This document shows, in pieces, positions 1-13,404 of a stretch of 64,000 bases of DNA; position 1 is the stretch's first letter, and every line of letters begins with the position of its first letter. The stretch is taken from positions 124,001-188,000 of the forward strand of contig JALDZX010000035.1 of assembly GCA_022813865.1 (NCBI GenBank), in the 5' to 3' direction. The notes under the pieces are model-generated. The model saw nothing but the letters and a program-made list of their open reading frames with translations. It was not told where the DNA came from and searched no databases. A program made the translations under genes and the position numbers. Source of the DNA: Xylographa opegraphella (taxonomy: Eukaryota).

Positions 1-3000
1 AAATTCAGTAACCCGCTGACAGCCATTTGCGTCTTGCACTTTTCGTATGAAGACGCCATGCTTGCCTAGGGACAAGAGCCGGTGAGGAATATGAAAGTTG
101 TAATCGCGAGTATCGATGTGTGGGACGTTCACGATTTCTGGCTTTGCAGTGGCATGCCGTCTTATGCCGATCTCCAAATGGAACGGTGGTGCACCAACCA
201 GCTTAATGGGTATCACTTCATCGCCAGCTTCCTCTTCTTTGCAAAAACAGAAACTGTGAGTCTTTCCTGGCGTCACGAAGTTGGCAGTCGGTCGGTTGTT
301 AACTCTCTGCTCAACGCTCAGTGGTTTGAATTTCCGCTTGTCATACTCATAAAGCTGATCATCGAGCTCATATAATTCATACTCGTATAAGCCAGCAACA
401 GAAGTTTCCATCCTAACAGATGCTGTGTTCAGCCCTGCAGTATCTTTCCGTCTACTCACTGCAACAGTCCCTCGGTCAGGTTTCAAATGCACCTTATATC
501 TGATATTGAAAGGCGGGCTTCCGATGAGCGATAACTCCATCGCATCCTGGTCGCCTTCGCATACTGCTTTTTTGACAAGTTTATTAGCCACAAGTTCGAC
601 ACTCGAGCTCTCAGCAATCTGAACACTGGGTCTTGGGAGCCACGAAACGCTGAAGTGATTTGCTGTTGCGTCCACAGAGCCAGGACATGTCTTGTCGTGG
701 ATGTCTTTAATCTCGTAGAAACCAGGTAATTTGACCCTTATCTCATCATTTTGATATTTAAGTTGTGCAGAGAGAGTAGATGGTGTTGCATCTTGAGCTT
801 CATAATAGTTGTAAGTGATTTTCCATGGGGCATCTCCTGTGAGCCTGATAGGCAGACTTATCTCCTTGCCTTCGAGAGCCTGGATACTTCTTTTGCCCTG
901 TACTTGTCGGAATGCAGCTTCGGGTCTGTGGTTGCGAACGTCGATAACAGCTTCTTGCTGCAGGAAAACTTTGCACCCAGATTTGTCTGTCACACTCGCT
1001 AGACTAAGGAGATGTTTGCCGCCTTCCTTGAGATTATCTGTGTAGAGAGTGTAGAGGTGACTGTCTATACCCTCGATCTTGTGCCTCTGCCGCTTCTTGC
1101 CGTGGACAATCTCGTATTCCAGTGTCCATGGCTCTTCTCCATACAAGAGTATACCGAAGGAGACCGGCTCTTGAATGCATGCAAATCTGTTGGGATACTT
1201 TTCTGTGAAACGGGCGGAGGCCGGCGGCCTAACATCCTGCTCGAACTTCAAGTCCTTGTCACGCAGAGATCGCATTGTGTAGACTCCATCGTTCATATCC
1301 ACAAATTCATACGTGTAATGCCCTGCCTCTGTTGGCTTAAGCTCCAGCTGAGTTCTCATGTGATCAATTCTTACGACCTTGGACTCCAAGGAACCTCCAT
1401 GCCGTTGAATATTGTATGAAACATGGAAAGGTGGAGTTCCAAGCAAGTCAAGGTCCAGAAGAAGTCCAATAGAATGTCCAGCACATTTATCAGGAATTAT
1501 TTCTGATGTGATAGTCAGATCTGGCTCTGGTGGATTGAGAAGCATACAAGATGACGGCTCAAGAACGTCACCTGAGCAGTAATCCGTAGCGACAGAGTTG
1601 AGAGTGTACAGCCCAGGCTCGCTTACCCGAAGCCCCGGGCCACGTTTGGTCATAGAAATCGTGTTTACATGTACCACGGCGTTGTCTTCCGAAGTAGAAA
1701 GCTGCGACTCTGGAGTGTAATAGTATGAAATATGGTATTGTTCTGAACCATTATTATCGTCACCAGTAGAGGCGAGCTGTATAGGAAGAGTTGCAGATTT
1801 TCCTTTGGCCACTTTCAAGGGGGTTTCCAGATTATATCCTGCAAGGGCTATTTTCGGCGGATCTCGCACAACAAAGGCCTGCTCGAGATGAGGATCCACC
1901 CGCGCAAGAGAATCCAAGGCTCTTGTGTAGTTTACAAAATTGCCACATGCATCATGTACCTCGTCAATCGAGTACCGCCAACCACCACTGACACCAAGAG
2001 TTTCGTTTATGGGGATCTCAATATGCTGGTTGCGCGCCCAAGACACGTCCGCACGGTGTGCCGAGTCCAGCTTGACCAGTGCCCCTGATGTCCTCTGCTT
2101 TGCTAGAGGTGAATCAAGGGTTTCAGGATGAATTGTCAAGTAGACATTTGATTGGTCTTCTCTGTTGATAATTTTGCTGTACTTGATCTTAAAGGGAGGT
2201 GTAGCGTCAACCTGGAGGAAAAAATTGGATAGTTGACCCAGACATTTGTTCTGTGATACAGACTTTACTGAAGCTGAAGGACACCGCACAACCAATGTGT
2301 CGGACATTCGTCTTTGAACTTCGAGATTTGATTGATCTACCAATTTCTGCAAGCGATACAAGCCAGTATGCTTGACTGAAAGTTTGAGCGTTTGCGCACT
2401 TGACGGGTCCTTCTTCCCAGATTCACTCTCCGCTTGTCTTTTAAGTCTCTTGATTTCCTTTTTGGAAATTGTAATTGTCTCATTTTGATTCGTATCAAGA
2501 TCGATACGTAAAAGCTCAATCAGAATTGGCGTTGTCTGATTGATCCTCAAAGGCAGATCTACCGAGTTTTGTGAAGAATCAATACAGAAGGGGAGAAGGT
2601 CTGGATTTAGAACGGCTGAACTACAGTCATTCCATCAGTAAAGCACTAGAAAATCGAGTTGTCGACGTACCCTTCCGGCAAGATATGAATTATCTGCTTG
2701 CCCAAAATCAGGGAAGCATTTCTCAGTATGGAAGCTGGCTTGACCCGCCTTTCCGAGACTGCCAGCTCTCTGTCGTACAGCACCTTCGTCAGTGCGATGA
2801 GCCACGCCTCCAATGGTATCTGTGTCCAGTCAGTTTCCGGCAGCTTCTAATGGAGAGCAAAAATGTACTGGTATCCGAAACATCAACACCGCATTCAAAC
2901 AGGCATGTATCAAAAATAGCACGGTCATTGTAGTGGGAGACCACTCAAGCCACGGGACCTTAAGAGTTGGGAGGCCGTAAAGGAATACCCCATCGATGGA

Positions 3001-3258
3001 GACCCATTTCATAAAAAGCCATAACGAATCTGTCTGGTCCGAGACCAGCCTGTAGTAGTCGTAGAGCCGCCATGCTGTTATAGCAATGTAGACCGCTGCA
3101 ACATAAAACCTTTGCGATGGTGCGTCTAAAATATCCAATGGTACCACAGGCCGATCAATGCTCGCCGTGCTTGCTGGTGCGTCTGCATAACTCTTTCCAC
3201 GTTCATCCTTTCGGGGCGTCACTGGATACGCAGAACGAAGTCGCGGAGTATTGCTCAT
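1..3258 (-). CDS. POM152: Transmembrane nucleoporin Pom152 (3' end runs off the window)
   Basis: N-terminus [15 protein letters not shown]...LDAPSQRFY...[27 protein letters not shown]. After introns (donors GTACAT ~2868, GTACGT ~2670) it continues [43 protein letters not shown]. The last exon was not translated in full. Confidence 0.93.
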
Positions 3259-3609
3259 GGCATTATCGGGGAGATGCCTATCTGAGCTGAGGGAGGACCT
3301 ATCAAAAAAATAGCCTGTAGGGCAGCTGTGCTGAACTCAAGCGTCGCGTGCCTGTTTGACGCGCCGGAAAGGAACCTCTCAGAACTTTCGTCTTCACATT
3401 AACACTCAGATATCAATGGCCACCAACCATTTATATCATGAACGAGCTTGAGAAGTTAATATCATACTACAAATGTGCCAGATTAATTAGCTACGCGAGA
3501 TGGCTATACGATTCAACATTGACGGATATGCATCTACACATCCGCACCTGGCAGCTCCGTCCTTACCGTGCCTCACAACCATTCCTCTTGCTACGAATGT
3601 GCAAGGACA

Positions 3610-5247
3610 ATGTCACAAAGATATCCTAAACGGCGACGGCTCAATAAAGGCTCCAGAGATCCTACATTCGACTCGCCATTTCCACAACTACCTGAAGATG
3701 CCTATTATGTCTCTGCAACGGAAGATGACAAGAAGAACTGGCCCGGCTGGTGTGAGATCGAGTCAGAACCTGTATATCTGCGTCGTGAATCTCCTAGGTG
3801 AACTTGCGTTGATCGATCACTAGGCTTTCTTCAATACCATGCTCAAGCGATTCGGTGTAAAGGGTGTCAAGGTGCGAGAAATTGTTTCGCTTGATGAAGA
3901 AATACTGGGGTTTATACCGTGTGTTCAATCCTGAACATTCATTGCAATACGCAAAGCTGACTCTTTGTACTAGTCGGCCAATATATGGAGTGATATTCCT
4001 CTTTAAATGGAGGGAGGATGACCCTATCAACCAGGAGCGCAGCTGTCCCAACAGTGTCTGGTTTGCAAACCAGGTGTGTAGTCACTATTATTTGGGGTTC
4101 TTGCATCGATGTGTATATGTTTGCTAACACAATGGTAGACTGTTGGTAATGCCTGTGCCAGTATCGCGCTTCTGAACATAGTCAACAACATCCCCAACTG
4201 TGATCTGGGCGATCATCTACAAAGTTTCAAAGATTTCACTACCAGCTTTACTCCTGCACTACGGGGCAATGCTATTGGGAACTTCGAGTTCATTCGACAG
4301 ATTCACAACTCCTTTGCCAGGTAAGATCATACATTTCTTGATCTCTTTTCGAATGACCATGTTCGCTCACAGTTCTTCCTTGCCACAACTACTTGATATT
4401 TGAAGAAGCTATATGATCAGTTTCGCTAATCTTTATTCAAGAAAGATGGATATGCTCAACGGAGATCTTTTAATGAAAAACGACGTTGAAGCAGCAAGGA
4501 AGCGTTCAAAAAAGCCTGCTCATAACGATCAAGGCGATGCCGCCTTCCATTTCGTAGCTTTCATTCCGGTAGATGGTACTCTTTGGAAGCTTGATGGGCT
4601 AGAAAGACAACCACATAGCCTTGGTATGATGCCTCGCCGATATCCTTTTTGTGCTTATGTTTTCTAACAATGCGGAATTCCTAGGAAACATAGAAAGTGA
4701 CGATTGGCTAAATCTGGTTAAGCCAGATCTAGAAGCTCGAATGGCTGCGTACGAGGACGGACAGATCGAATTTGCCATATTGGGTCTCGTGAAAGACCCT
4801 CTCATTAACCTCGTCCAGGACCTTGCCAGCAACATAAAAAGCATTCAAGCGTTGGAGGCACATTTGGATAAGAAGGGCACGGATTGGCGGGCTTCCACCG
4901 CCAACACAGGCATCGAAATAGAAGGAATTCCGGAGAGTACGCTGCTTGGGCCCGACATGCAATTCCAGATTGACAAAACGGCTATCGAAAGTGCAAACCT
5001 CTCGCCAGAAGTTCAGCACATGCTAAGTACCGGCTGTACCAGCGCCACCGACATCTCTGACTTCAGAAGGAAACTGGCTCTGGATCAGACGAGACTTCGA
5101 ATGGCAATCAAGGAGGAACAAGCCTTAGATTATCATGACGAAGATAGAGCGGCCGCTCGGCTCCATGATTACGGGCCGGCAGTGAAAACGTGGACTGAGT
5201 TCCTCGCCCGCAAAGGTATCCTCGGTGAACTTCTCGACCCGAAGTAA
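3610..5247 (+). CDS. Ubiquitin C-terminal hydrolase, peptidase C12 (UCH37/UCHL5-like), multi-exon
   Basis: GWCEIESEP, PIYGVIFLFKW, WFANQ-TVGNACASIALLN (catalytic Q and C), FHFVAFIP (H), WKLDGL (D). Five canonical introns. Confidence 0.9.
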
Positions 5248-5743
5248 GAATGTAAGCAAAGGCTTAGAGGACGTTATCTGATTGATGGAGGGCTTTGTTA
5301 CTCTACACCTCATTCATTCAGGGAGAGGGTGACATGTTGTCATATCTTTGACCAACAGGTATTGACCATTTGCAGGTAATACTAGATCCTGATTAGACTA
5401 AAAACTTGGATTCAATAGGTCTGAAACTATGGATTTGCGGATATATGGAAGGAGGATCATCCTGTGACTCGTCCCTCCAGTCTCCATAACTGAAGAACTT
5501 AATGGAGGTAGTGGTCCTGGGGCCGTGGGCAGCTTGAGCCAATTGCGTCATAGAGCGCTAGTATAGCCGCTGCGGCGGCTAAGATATTCCGAGAACGTTC
5601 CCGGAAGCCTAGCTAAGCTCCTAAGGTAGCGCGTCATCGAAGTTCATCATGAAACATACCTAAGCATGCTCATGATTGATGAATCGTGTTGTTGATTCGA
5701 CCAAACATCAGTTCACTAAAGTTGTGGTCCCCTTGGCATAATT

Positions 5744-7739
5744 ATGAGGAGGGATTCGAATACTTTCCCAAGTAAAAAAGAGGACTCAATGGTGTCTACG
5801 AGCATCTCGGATTTGCCGGGTGAGATCATCCAACAGATTCTACTTTACTGCCCTCCCGTTACTCTTGCGGCCTTCCAAAGACTCTCGCGCAAGTATAATG
5901 CGCTTGTCGAGCCGTTCCTCTGGCGGCATCAGTGTCAGACTCAGTATCGATATTGGGATCCTGAGCATCACATCAAGGAGAAGTTTAGTGGTGCCATAAA
6001 CGCTGTTGACTGGCGAAATGTCTTCGCGGAACGGCAGAGGATTGATCGCATTACATCCAGTGCTTTGGAAGGTATACTGGCAAGCCAGATGGGACGGTTG
6101 GACAAGTTTCAGCGAATAGTAGAATGTGGCTATGATGCGAAAGACTGCTTGTTGCGGCATATGGCTGCCGGCGATGATAAGGAAGATGTGCTGGCTCGGC
6201 GGTATATGCTGTTCATCGTGTATTCAATATCTTCTAATACTGGTACAGGTACTACAGTGACACAGTACTAGGCTGTTTGCACCGCATAAGGGCGATCAAA
6301 GAATGGTCATATCTTCAGGATCAGCAAGACGTATCACTCGAAAGAGCTTTGGGAGCTTATGATATGTTTGTTCTACATGATAGAGAAGGCGATTTTGATG
6401 AGGCATTTACATACTTGTTCCAGGGACAGCCATTGTTCTAATTGGATTTAGATTTCTACCCGCCTCGACGCCATTGCAGCCGACATTCGAGCCGAATATA
6501 CCGACATAAATGATCAGAGTCCCCGTCAGAAAGCTATCAGTATTGCCACTTACCTTCGCGCGAACAATCTCACAGGTATTAACGACTTGCATCAATATCA
6601 AGACCTGCAGAACAACTTTCTAGGAATTGCACTTCATGAGGAAGAGCACCCATCTTTGCCATTGATATCAACTGCGATCTATTGCAGTCTTGCCAAGAGA
6701 CTAGATCTGGAAGCTCATGCGTGCGGATTCCCCTTACATGTGTACACAATAGTCAAACCTGCACAGGGTTTTGATCTTAATGGGAACAGACTACTATCAG
6801 ACTCCAATGAGCCACAGTCCATGTACATGGATCCGTTTCGTTCACATAAAGAGATACCTGTTGAGGATCTTCAGACCCAGCTGCGCTCACTAGGCATGCC
6901 AAGGGATATTCATTCTCTTGCTCTTGCCCCAGCCTCTACTGCGGAGATTGTTCTTCGAAGCGGCCGTAATATACTAAACTCGGTTCAAGAAGCGCACCGT
7001 AGCGCCGTAGCACGTAATGGCCATGGAAGCAATAGTCACATAACACTGGTGTCCTCCTTCCCTGACATGGAAAGTGCATTCTACGGTGCTCTCTGGGCAT
7101 CATTGCTACTTGGCCTTCCACCGGATGGCGACGGTCCTGTTATATCCACCTTCGAGCCGAGGAACTTCCTGCAACCAATTGTCCAGCATTTTGAGACGCA
7201 TTTCCCTGGTGATGTCTCGCTTATCGATGAATATATTGTTCCTCTTTTCAGAGATTTCGGCGAATATGCACAGCTTCGTGAGACGGTGAGGGTGATGCGC
7301 GCTGGAGACTCAATACCGAAGCTTGTCCATGAACGTACCGGAGCTGCCTCGGAGCATGTGAAGTATCTAGTGGGACAAGTTTTCAAGCACAAGAGATACA
7401 ACTATATGGCTGTCATCATTGGCTGGGACGCCGAATGTGCCGCTCCCGAACATTGGATGTCTCAAATGCGTGTGCATGAGCTCCCTCACGGCAGGCATCA
7501 GAGCTTCTATCATGTATTGTATGCATCACCACCAAACCCAAATTTTGAAATGGTTTCTAATCATTCCGTACAGAGTCGAAGACAACAGCGTCCGCTACGT
7601 GGCGGAGGAGAATATCGAGATCGTAACCCCGGAAATACCTCACAATCTAATGCCATTAGCTGGTAAACATTTCAAGCGATGGGACAAAGAGGCGCGACGG
7701 TTTGTCAGTAATGTCAGAGACGAATATCCAGACGATTAA
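5744..7739 (+). CDS. F-box protein with transglutaminase-like middle region and C-terminal YccV/hemimethylated-DNA-binding-like domain (FBXO21-like)
   Basis: F-box ISDLPGEIIQQILLY; SLPLISTAIYCSLA.RL...GFP.HV; VGQVFKHKRYNY.AVIIGWD...HQSFYHVL/VEDNSVRYVAEENI. Three introns, the second GC-AG. Confidence 0.88.
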
Positions 7740-8057
7740 ACGAGTGGATTTTGAGTAAAAGCAATCGTCTTCAACAGAATGTCTCCAAGATTGGCGGTTG
7801 GGGCTCACCGTCCGCAGTGATGTCTGGTCATGAGTAATGGTTATTTTGAAGCGGCGCTGATCCCTTTGCATACCGCTAAGAGTTTACTCCTATTGTGTAA
7901 TCTTCATAAGAGCATTCCGAGGTACTCGTCCTCCATTTCATTTTCCGAGCAATCTAATTCCACACGGTCACACGCTCTCCCTCTCATCCTTCCTCAATAC
8001 CGACCCCCGAAAACCACCCCCGCCATTCCCCCACCTTTCCAACCCCCAATCCCCCAG

Positions 8058-9076
8058 CTACCCCCTCTCCACTCTCACCAATTCCGGCACCTCCCCCGCA
8101 CTCAACAAGCCCCTCAGAAACCCCCTCACCTCCGCCTCCACCCCCTTCACACTGTCCCGCTCCCGCTCCACCTCCCGCAACCACTCCCGCACCTCCACTC
8201 CCTCCGGCGGAATGAGCTACTCCCAGTCAGCGTCCCTCTCAAACCACCCACCCATCCTCCATAACACAATAACCCGAGAGAAGTACTCACCGTCCTCACC
8301 ACCTCCGCCCTCTCCCCCTCCCACCCCTCCCACATCCCCTCCTCTCCCTCCGCACTCCCCTCCGCCCCCCACGCAAACGCCTCTCTCAGCGCCCCCGGCC
8401 CCTCCACCCCGCTCACCAAGTACGCCTCCACCGCCGCCGCAGCCATATACCTCCCCGCCAGCGCCCGCCACCCCTGCGTGGCCGCCTCGCCGTACACGTC
8501 CGCAGCCTGCGCGACGAGGTCGATGAACAGCGGCAGCGTGTCCAGAAGCAACAGCTGCGGCACGGGTTGCTCGGATGCCCCTGCCGGGCGTTCGGATCCA
8601 ACCTCAGTGCGCTCGTACGCAGCCACATCATAACCGGAAATAGGGTCGCGCCTTTCCAGGAAGGCGGCGGCGCGGGCGACGTGCGTGCGACGTAGGGTGG
8701 CGAGCGCGGTGGGGGAGGGGGTGCTGGTGCAGGGATGGTGCCGGAGGGTGAAGAGCGCGGTGAAGCGGAGGAGGCGGAGGCGGAGCGCGAGACTCAACGG
8801 GTGTGCGGTGGAGGGGTGGGAGGCGCGGAAGAGGGTGAGGAATGCTGGGAAGGGGTGGGGGGTCAGTGGAGGGTGGGGATTGTGGGGCGAGAGGGACGCA
8901 CAGTCGACCATTTGGAGGGGGAGCTCGAGCTTGCGGGCGGAGGCGAGAGGGAGGGGTTCGGAGCGGGAGGTGGGCGCGTCGCGGAGGAGGGTGTGCGTGC
9001 TGGTGTGGAGGAGGTAGGAGAGGATGGCGGTGTCGACGGCTAGTTGGGTGGCAGGGTCGGCGCGTTTGGCTGCCAT
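8058..9076 (-). CDS. Hypothetical protein in a GC-rich island
   Basis: ORF from ATG 9076 with an in-frame 57-nt intron (GTGCGT...ACTGAC...CCCAG) and an intron at 8290-8217. The last exon LIPPEG...VPELVRVERG ends at TAG 8060-8058. Confidence 0.65.
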
Positions 9077-10612
9077 CTTTTGGGGGGGGTCCGCTGGTGC
9101 GGTTCAGGAGGTGCCGAGGGCTGTGTGGTGTCGGTTGGGCGTTTGCGGTACTATGAGTGAGAATTGATTGCGGGATTGACGTATTGGTATGTAGGAATAG
9201 ACTGGCAAAGTGAGAAATGAGAGATATGCTGAGACGCACGGTCGGCGAGGTCGAACTGAAGTGGCATTCTGCCAACGCATCGGACTCACTGTGGTGGATA
9301 TGTAGGAGCTGAAGATGTGACAGGTTACAATGTGAGATACAACAGTTTATAGACCATGCTGAAGCAGATAGGACAATCAAAATACCCTGTTATCCTCTTC
9401 CTACGTATATTAAATCTATTAGCAATGTTGTACTCACGTCTACAACAGATTTGTAGCGCTGGAATTATTTCTAATTGGCGCATTTATTGTATTATATCGA
9501 GGGAAGCTAGTTCTAGGCAGTACATGTAAATTTATATTATACAGCCTTCTGATTCTACGTATGTTATGTTTGCGCTTCTACCGTATATGGAAGCCAATTT
9601 ATCCTAACGTAGCATCCGACAGGACTCCTCCAGCAATTCTCGGTCTTCTAGTTCTCCAAGATTAGCAATGAATTATTTGCTGATTTCCTAATTTGTTGAA
9701 AGTATAAACCTCCCTGATCCGCTCATTAAAGCCTCAGATGGCTATACAACTGAGTCCTTTGTGACAATGTATATCTTGAAGATGTCCAAATACAGCCATA
9801 GGAGCTGGCAGGAGGTTGCCGCGCAATAGCCACGTGGTCCAACAGACCGTCAACTGGCTCAAGCTTTGCTGTCAACTTAATTTTGTCACTAGATATACAA
9901 TTGCTACCTCAGTTTGTGGTACATGGAGCCATAGGCTTATACATGGCTGTACTGTAGCCTCTGAGCTCGTAAGGCTCAATCCCGTAAACGAACTCGATAC
10001 TCACCTACACACAATCTGTGGTACGATTGCTGCAATAAGTACTTCAAGGCCCCTGTTAATAGCTGAATACACAGGCGTACAAGTCGGACACACAGTTTAG
10101 AACACACTCCACTATCAACATGGTCACATGTCTGAATAGAGGAGCGAGCCACTACAGCCCCGTACATGATATGTGGCACAAATCAGAATTGATCTGCGTC
10201 GTCGACATGTAATGAAGAAGGGAGAACGCCGTTATGGACGGTCACCTTGTCCAGTGCCAGCAATTATTTCTGTCGTCGGGTAAGCCCGACTCACGATACC
10301 AGGCCTTTTCTTTTGGAAAGATGGAAAACGTTTGCAAACAAAAGATGAGAATACGCCTCTCCAAGTCCCTGTGGTTAGACAAGTAGAACGGTACTCCCGC
10401 ATACTGTTGGATATAATACGCAGAGCCTCTTTCCGGTAATGGTGACTCTAGGCATCCGGAAAGTCCAGTTTCATGTAGTGAAGGCTGTACTACTTATAAA
10501 TCAGAGGCTGCGTGACAAAGAAACGAGTGGTAGAGAGTGGTAGCAGATCATCCTCCGTGGCAGAATGACCTTTTAGGCAAGCCGTTGGGCACCGGCGGAC
10601 CTTGTTGGGATC

Positions 10613-13108
10613 TCAGGAGATGGAATTCTCTCCAATTCCATCTTCCTGCTGCAGCTCAAAGTCCTTGATAACATCATCCCAGACTGCCCAGTCAATAGGT
10701 GTCAAGTCCATTGGCGTCGAATCGGAAAGAAGTGGAAAATCAAAGCCAACACGGTCGTTATTCAAGGTATTCGTGCTGGCCGTGCTTTCACCATAAGCCA
10801 TGCTATTTACGGGCCTGTGCTCTTCCGACGCCCATTCCTGAGTACCAGTGACAACCTCCTTTTGCAAATTTGTACCCATTTCGGCTGTGCTCTGCGAGTA
10901 CAGTTTATTGATGAAGTCGGGTCGTACAAAGTGTGGTACATTTTGCTGTCGTCGTCCAAGTTCCACCTCACGCACTTCCCATGCTCGCTTGGTTAGTCGT
11001 GCCACCGCTGCATAAAAACTCCCTTTCTTGTCTATAATCATTTCCGGGTGATTTTTGAACACTTCTCCAACCTGCCGCCAGGCTTGGTCAATCTGCTCTC
11101 CGGCTCTCCGGAATTGTAATTCACCGAGAATATATATAAATGCGTGCCATTGAAAATGAGTCCCAATGTGCCACAAGTATCGCCGCATACTCTCAACGGA
11201 ATAAGCCAAATTGGCATACTCGATAAGCTTCAGACAATTGTTGAACAATTCATCTTTCTCCACTTGGGACATATGAATCCCGCCATCGGGCTGTTGTCGT
11301 GGATGATGTGCCGTCACCCGCATTGAATAGACAAATGATCTTGCAAGCGAGGCCGCTAAGAAATGTAACGGTATAACAGGATCGCAATACTTGATATATT
11401 TGTTTTCCAAAAGGTTCTGGAGGTCGTCGATTCGTTTGTCTTTGTCGAGAATTGAAAATTCCTTACTCCGTTTTTGGCAGTTGTTATCAAGTACTCGTGA
11501 ACGTTCGAAATGATGTCCGGCAGTGTACCTGATCAAGCAGAATATCATTTCTGTCGCACCAGCAGATTCTACTGGATTCTCTTGCATTTCGGGACATATA
11601 TCACTGTCGTTCACATTGGAGGGTAATAATATGTCCCAACCATAAGAAATAGCTGAAGCGCCCTGACCTGCTATCTGAGCGCTGCGTCCGTCAACGACAG
11701 CAATCAGCCATGATAAACGTCGGCGCATTTCTGTCTCGAACACTGGCAGACCAAGAGATAAACCGTCACGGTGTAGACCGAGTCTCTGCGCAATGCGAAC
11801 GGCTATACCCGAGAGAACCCAAAATGTACCAGGGTCATACGAAGAACGCATTGTGAGCTTGAATCTCCTTGTTAGAGCAGTAACATCAGCAGTAACATCA
11901 ACAATGCCTTCAAGTGATGGTGAATAACATGATTTTATGCGACTATAAAAGAGTGTTCTGGATAACGATACAACAAGGAAGAGGGATTACTTACCAAGAA
12001 TAGTAAGAATGCTTGGAGAACTACCATATCCGAGGTCTTAAGGAATTTTGCTCTTAGTAGGGCCTGATGTGTTGCAAATGTGTATCGGTCTAATAGCGTT
12101 AATTTGGCTTCACCGATCATTCTTTGGCACTCTTCTTCTGTCATCGAATTCACAGCGGAGGAATAAATGGCAAACATCAGTGCTTCCAGTGCTTTTGAGA
12201 CATTGTCAAGATCGCCACTTGCTTCAAAGATCTGCTTTTGCATGGTGGGCTTATGTAGAATTTTGGTCAGCGGATTGACGTTTTCTAGGTAAATCTGCCA
12301 CAAGAGCATTATGTTTGTTCGGCACGGATGATGGCGCCATATGAAAGTTTCCGTAGGCCGAACCCCTATCACGAGATCTACGTCTGGTTGACTCGTGAAG
12401 GATACCTGTTGCTTTGTATGTTCAACCGTATCATCCTCAGACGATTGATGGAAAATCTCTTTGGGATCTTGGAGCTTGATAATTAGTCAGCATCTATCGT
12501 GAGCTGCTGGTGATCAACCGGTGCAATGTTAAAATGGTGAATCGAACCTCATCGCTCAGGTTCCTCCATAGGGTGCTTCAACACATAAGTTAGCAAAATG
12601 CCACCATGTTTATGATTTTGCTGGCCACTAACCTATCGAGATATCTCGATTGTCCCTCATTGACGACCAGTCTGCCCCTAGCATCTATTGGTCGTACTCT
12701 GTCATTCACATCACGACAAGTAACAAGGTCCTGGCCTTGCACAGACTTGTTCACGTCTATATCGTCACTTTGAGGATCTTCCACACGACCCTCGTCGTCG
12801 TTAGCATCAAGCCTAACGCCATGGCTTTGCAGTAGATCTTCCGCTCTCTTCAGACGAGAAAGTAGTGCGGCTTCGGGCGACGTTTTCTTTCGGCGCCGAG
12901 GAGGTGCTGGAGTGCGAAATACACATTCAACCCCTTTCCTTCTACAATTTGAGCATGGATAACGCTTGTCGCACTTCACTTTCCTGCGCGAGCATAGGAC
13001 GCAAGAGTAAGATCTCAGTGCTGTATCATTCAATGTACTTCGTACAGGAGATGCTGGATGGCTAGCAGGCCCCGATGGTGAAGTAACGCGTGCAGACGAG
13101 CCAAGCAT
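10613..13108 (-). CDS. Zn(II)2Cys6 transcription factor with fungal-specific TF (middle homology) domain
   Basis: CVLCSRRKVKCDKRYPCSNCRRKGVEC; LWQIYLENVNPLTKILH; GIAVRIAQRLGLHRDG...ETEMRRRL; LPSNVNDSD. Three introns. Confidence 0.95.
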
Positions 13109-13404
13109 TATGGAGAGGTTTCTACCAAATTGTGGGCATCAAGAGCTATACTCCGAATACACATAAGCATCGTATGTTGGTGAGATGGCTGAACAGAGAT
13201 TGAATACTTACTTTACTTCGTAAGTAGGAGGTCTTCAAGCCTCAAACCAACCATGGCAGTTCTTAGCGGGACGCGTAGCGGGGCCGGGAGCAAGCGTGGC
13301 ACCCCTGCTAGCCCCATATCAAAATATTTTTGCGCTCACAAACCCAACTGTGATTCCACAATGCATGCCATTGACCCAGGACACACGCACAAAAGCGCCA
13401 AAAT

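Noticed and set aside
9380..10600. AT-rich stretch as a RIP-mutated transposon relic
   Set aside because: No terminal repeats, target-site duplication or transposase/RT motifs recognisable.
10613..13108. Zn2Cys6 factor as marker of a secondary-metabolite cluster
   Set aside because: No PKS, NRPS, tailoring enzyme or transporter genes nearby; the neighbours are housekeeping or hypothetical genes.
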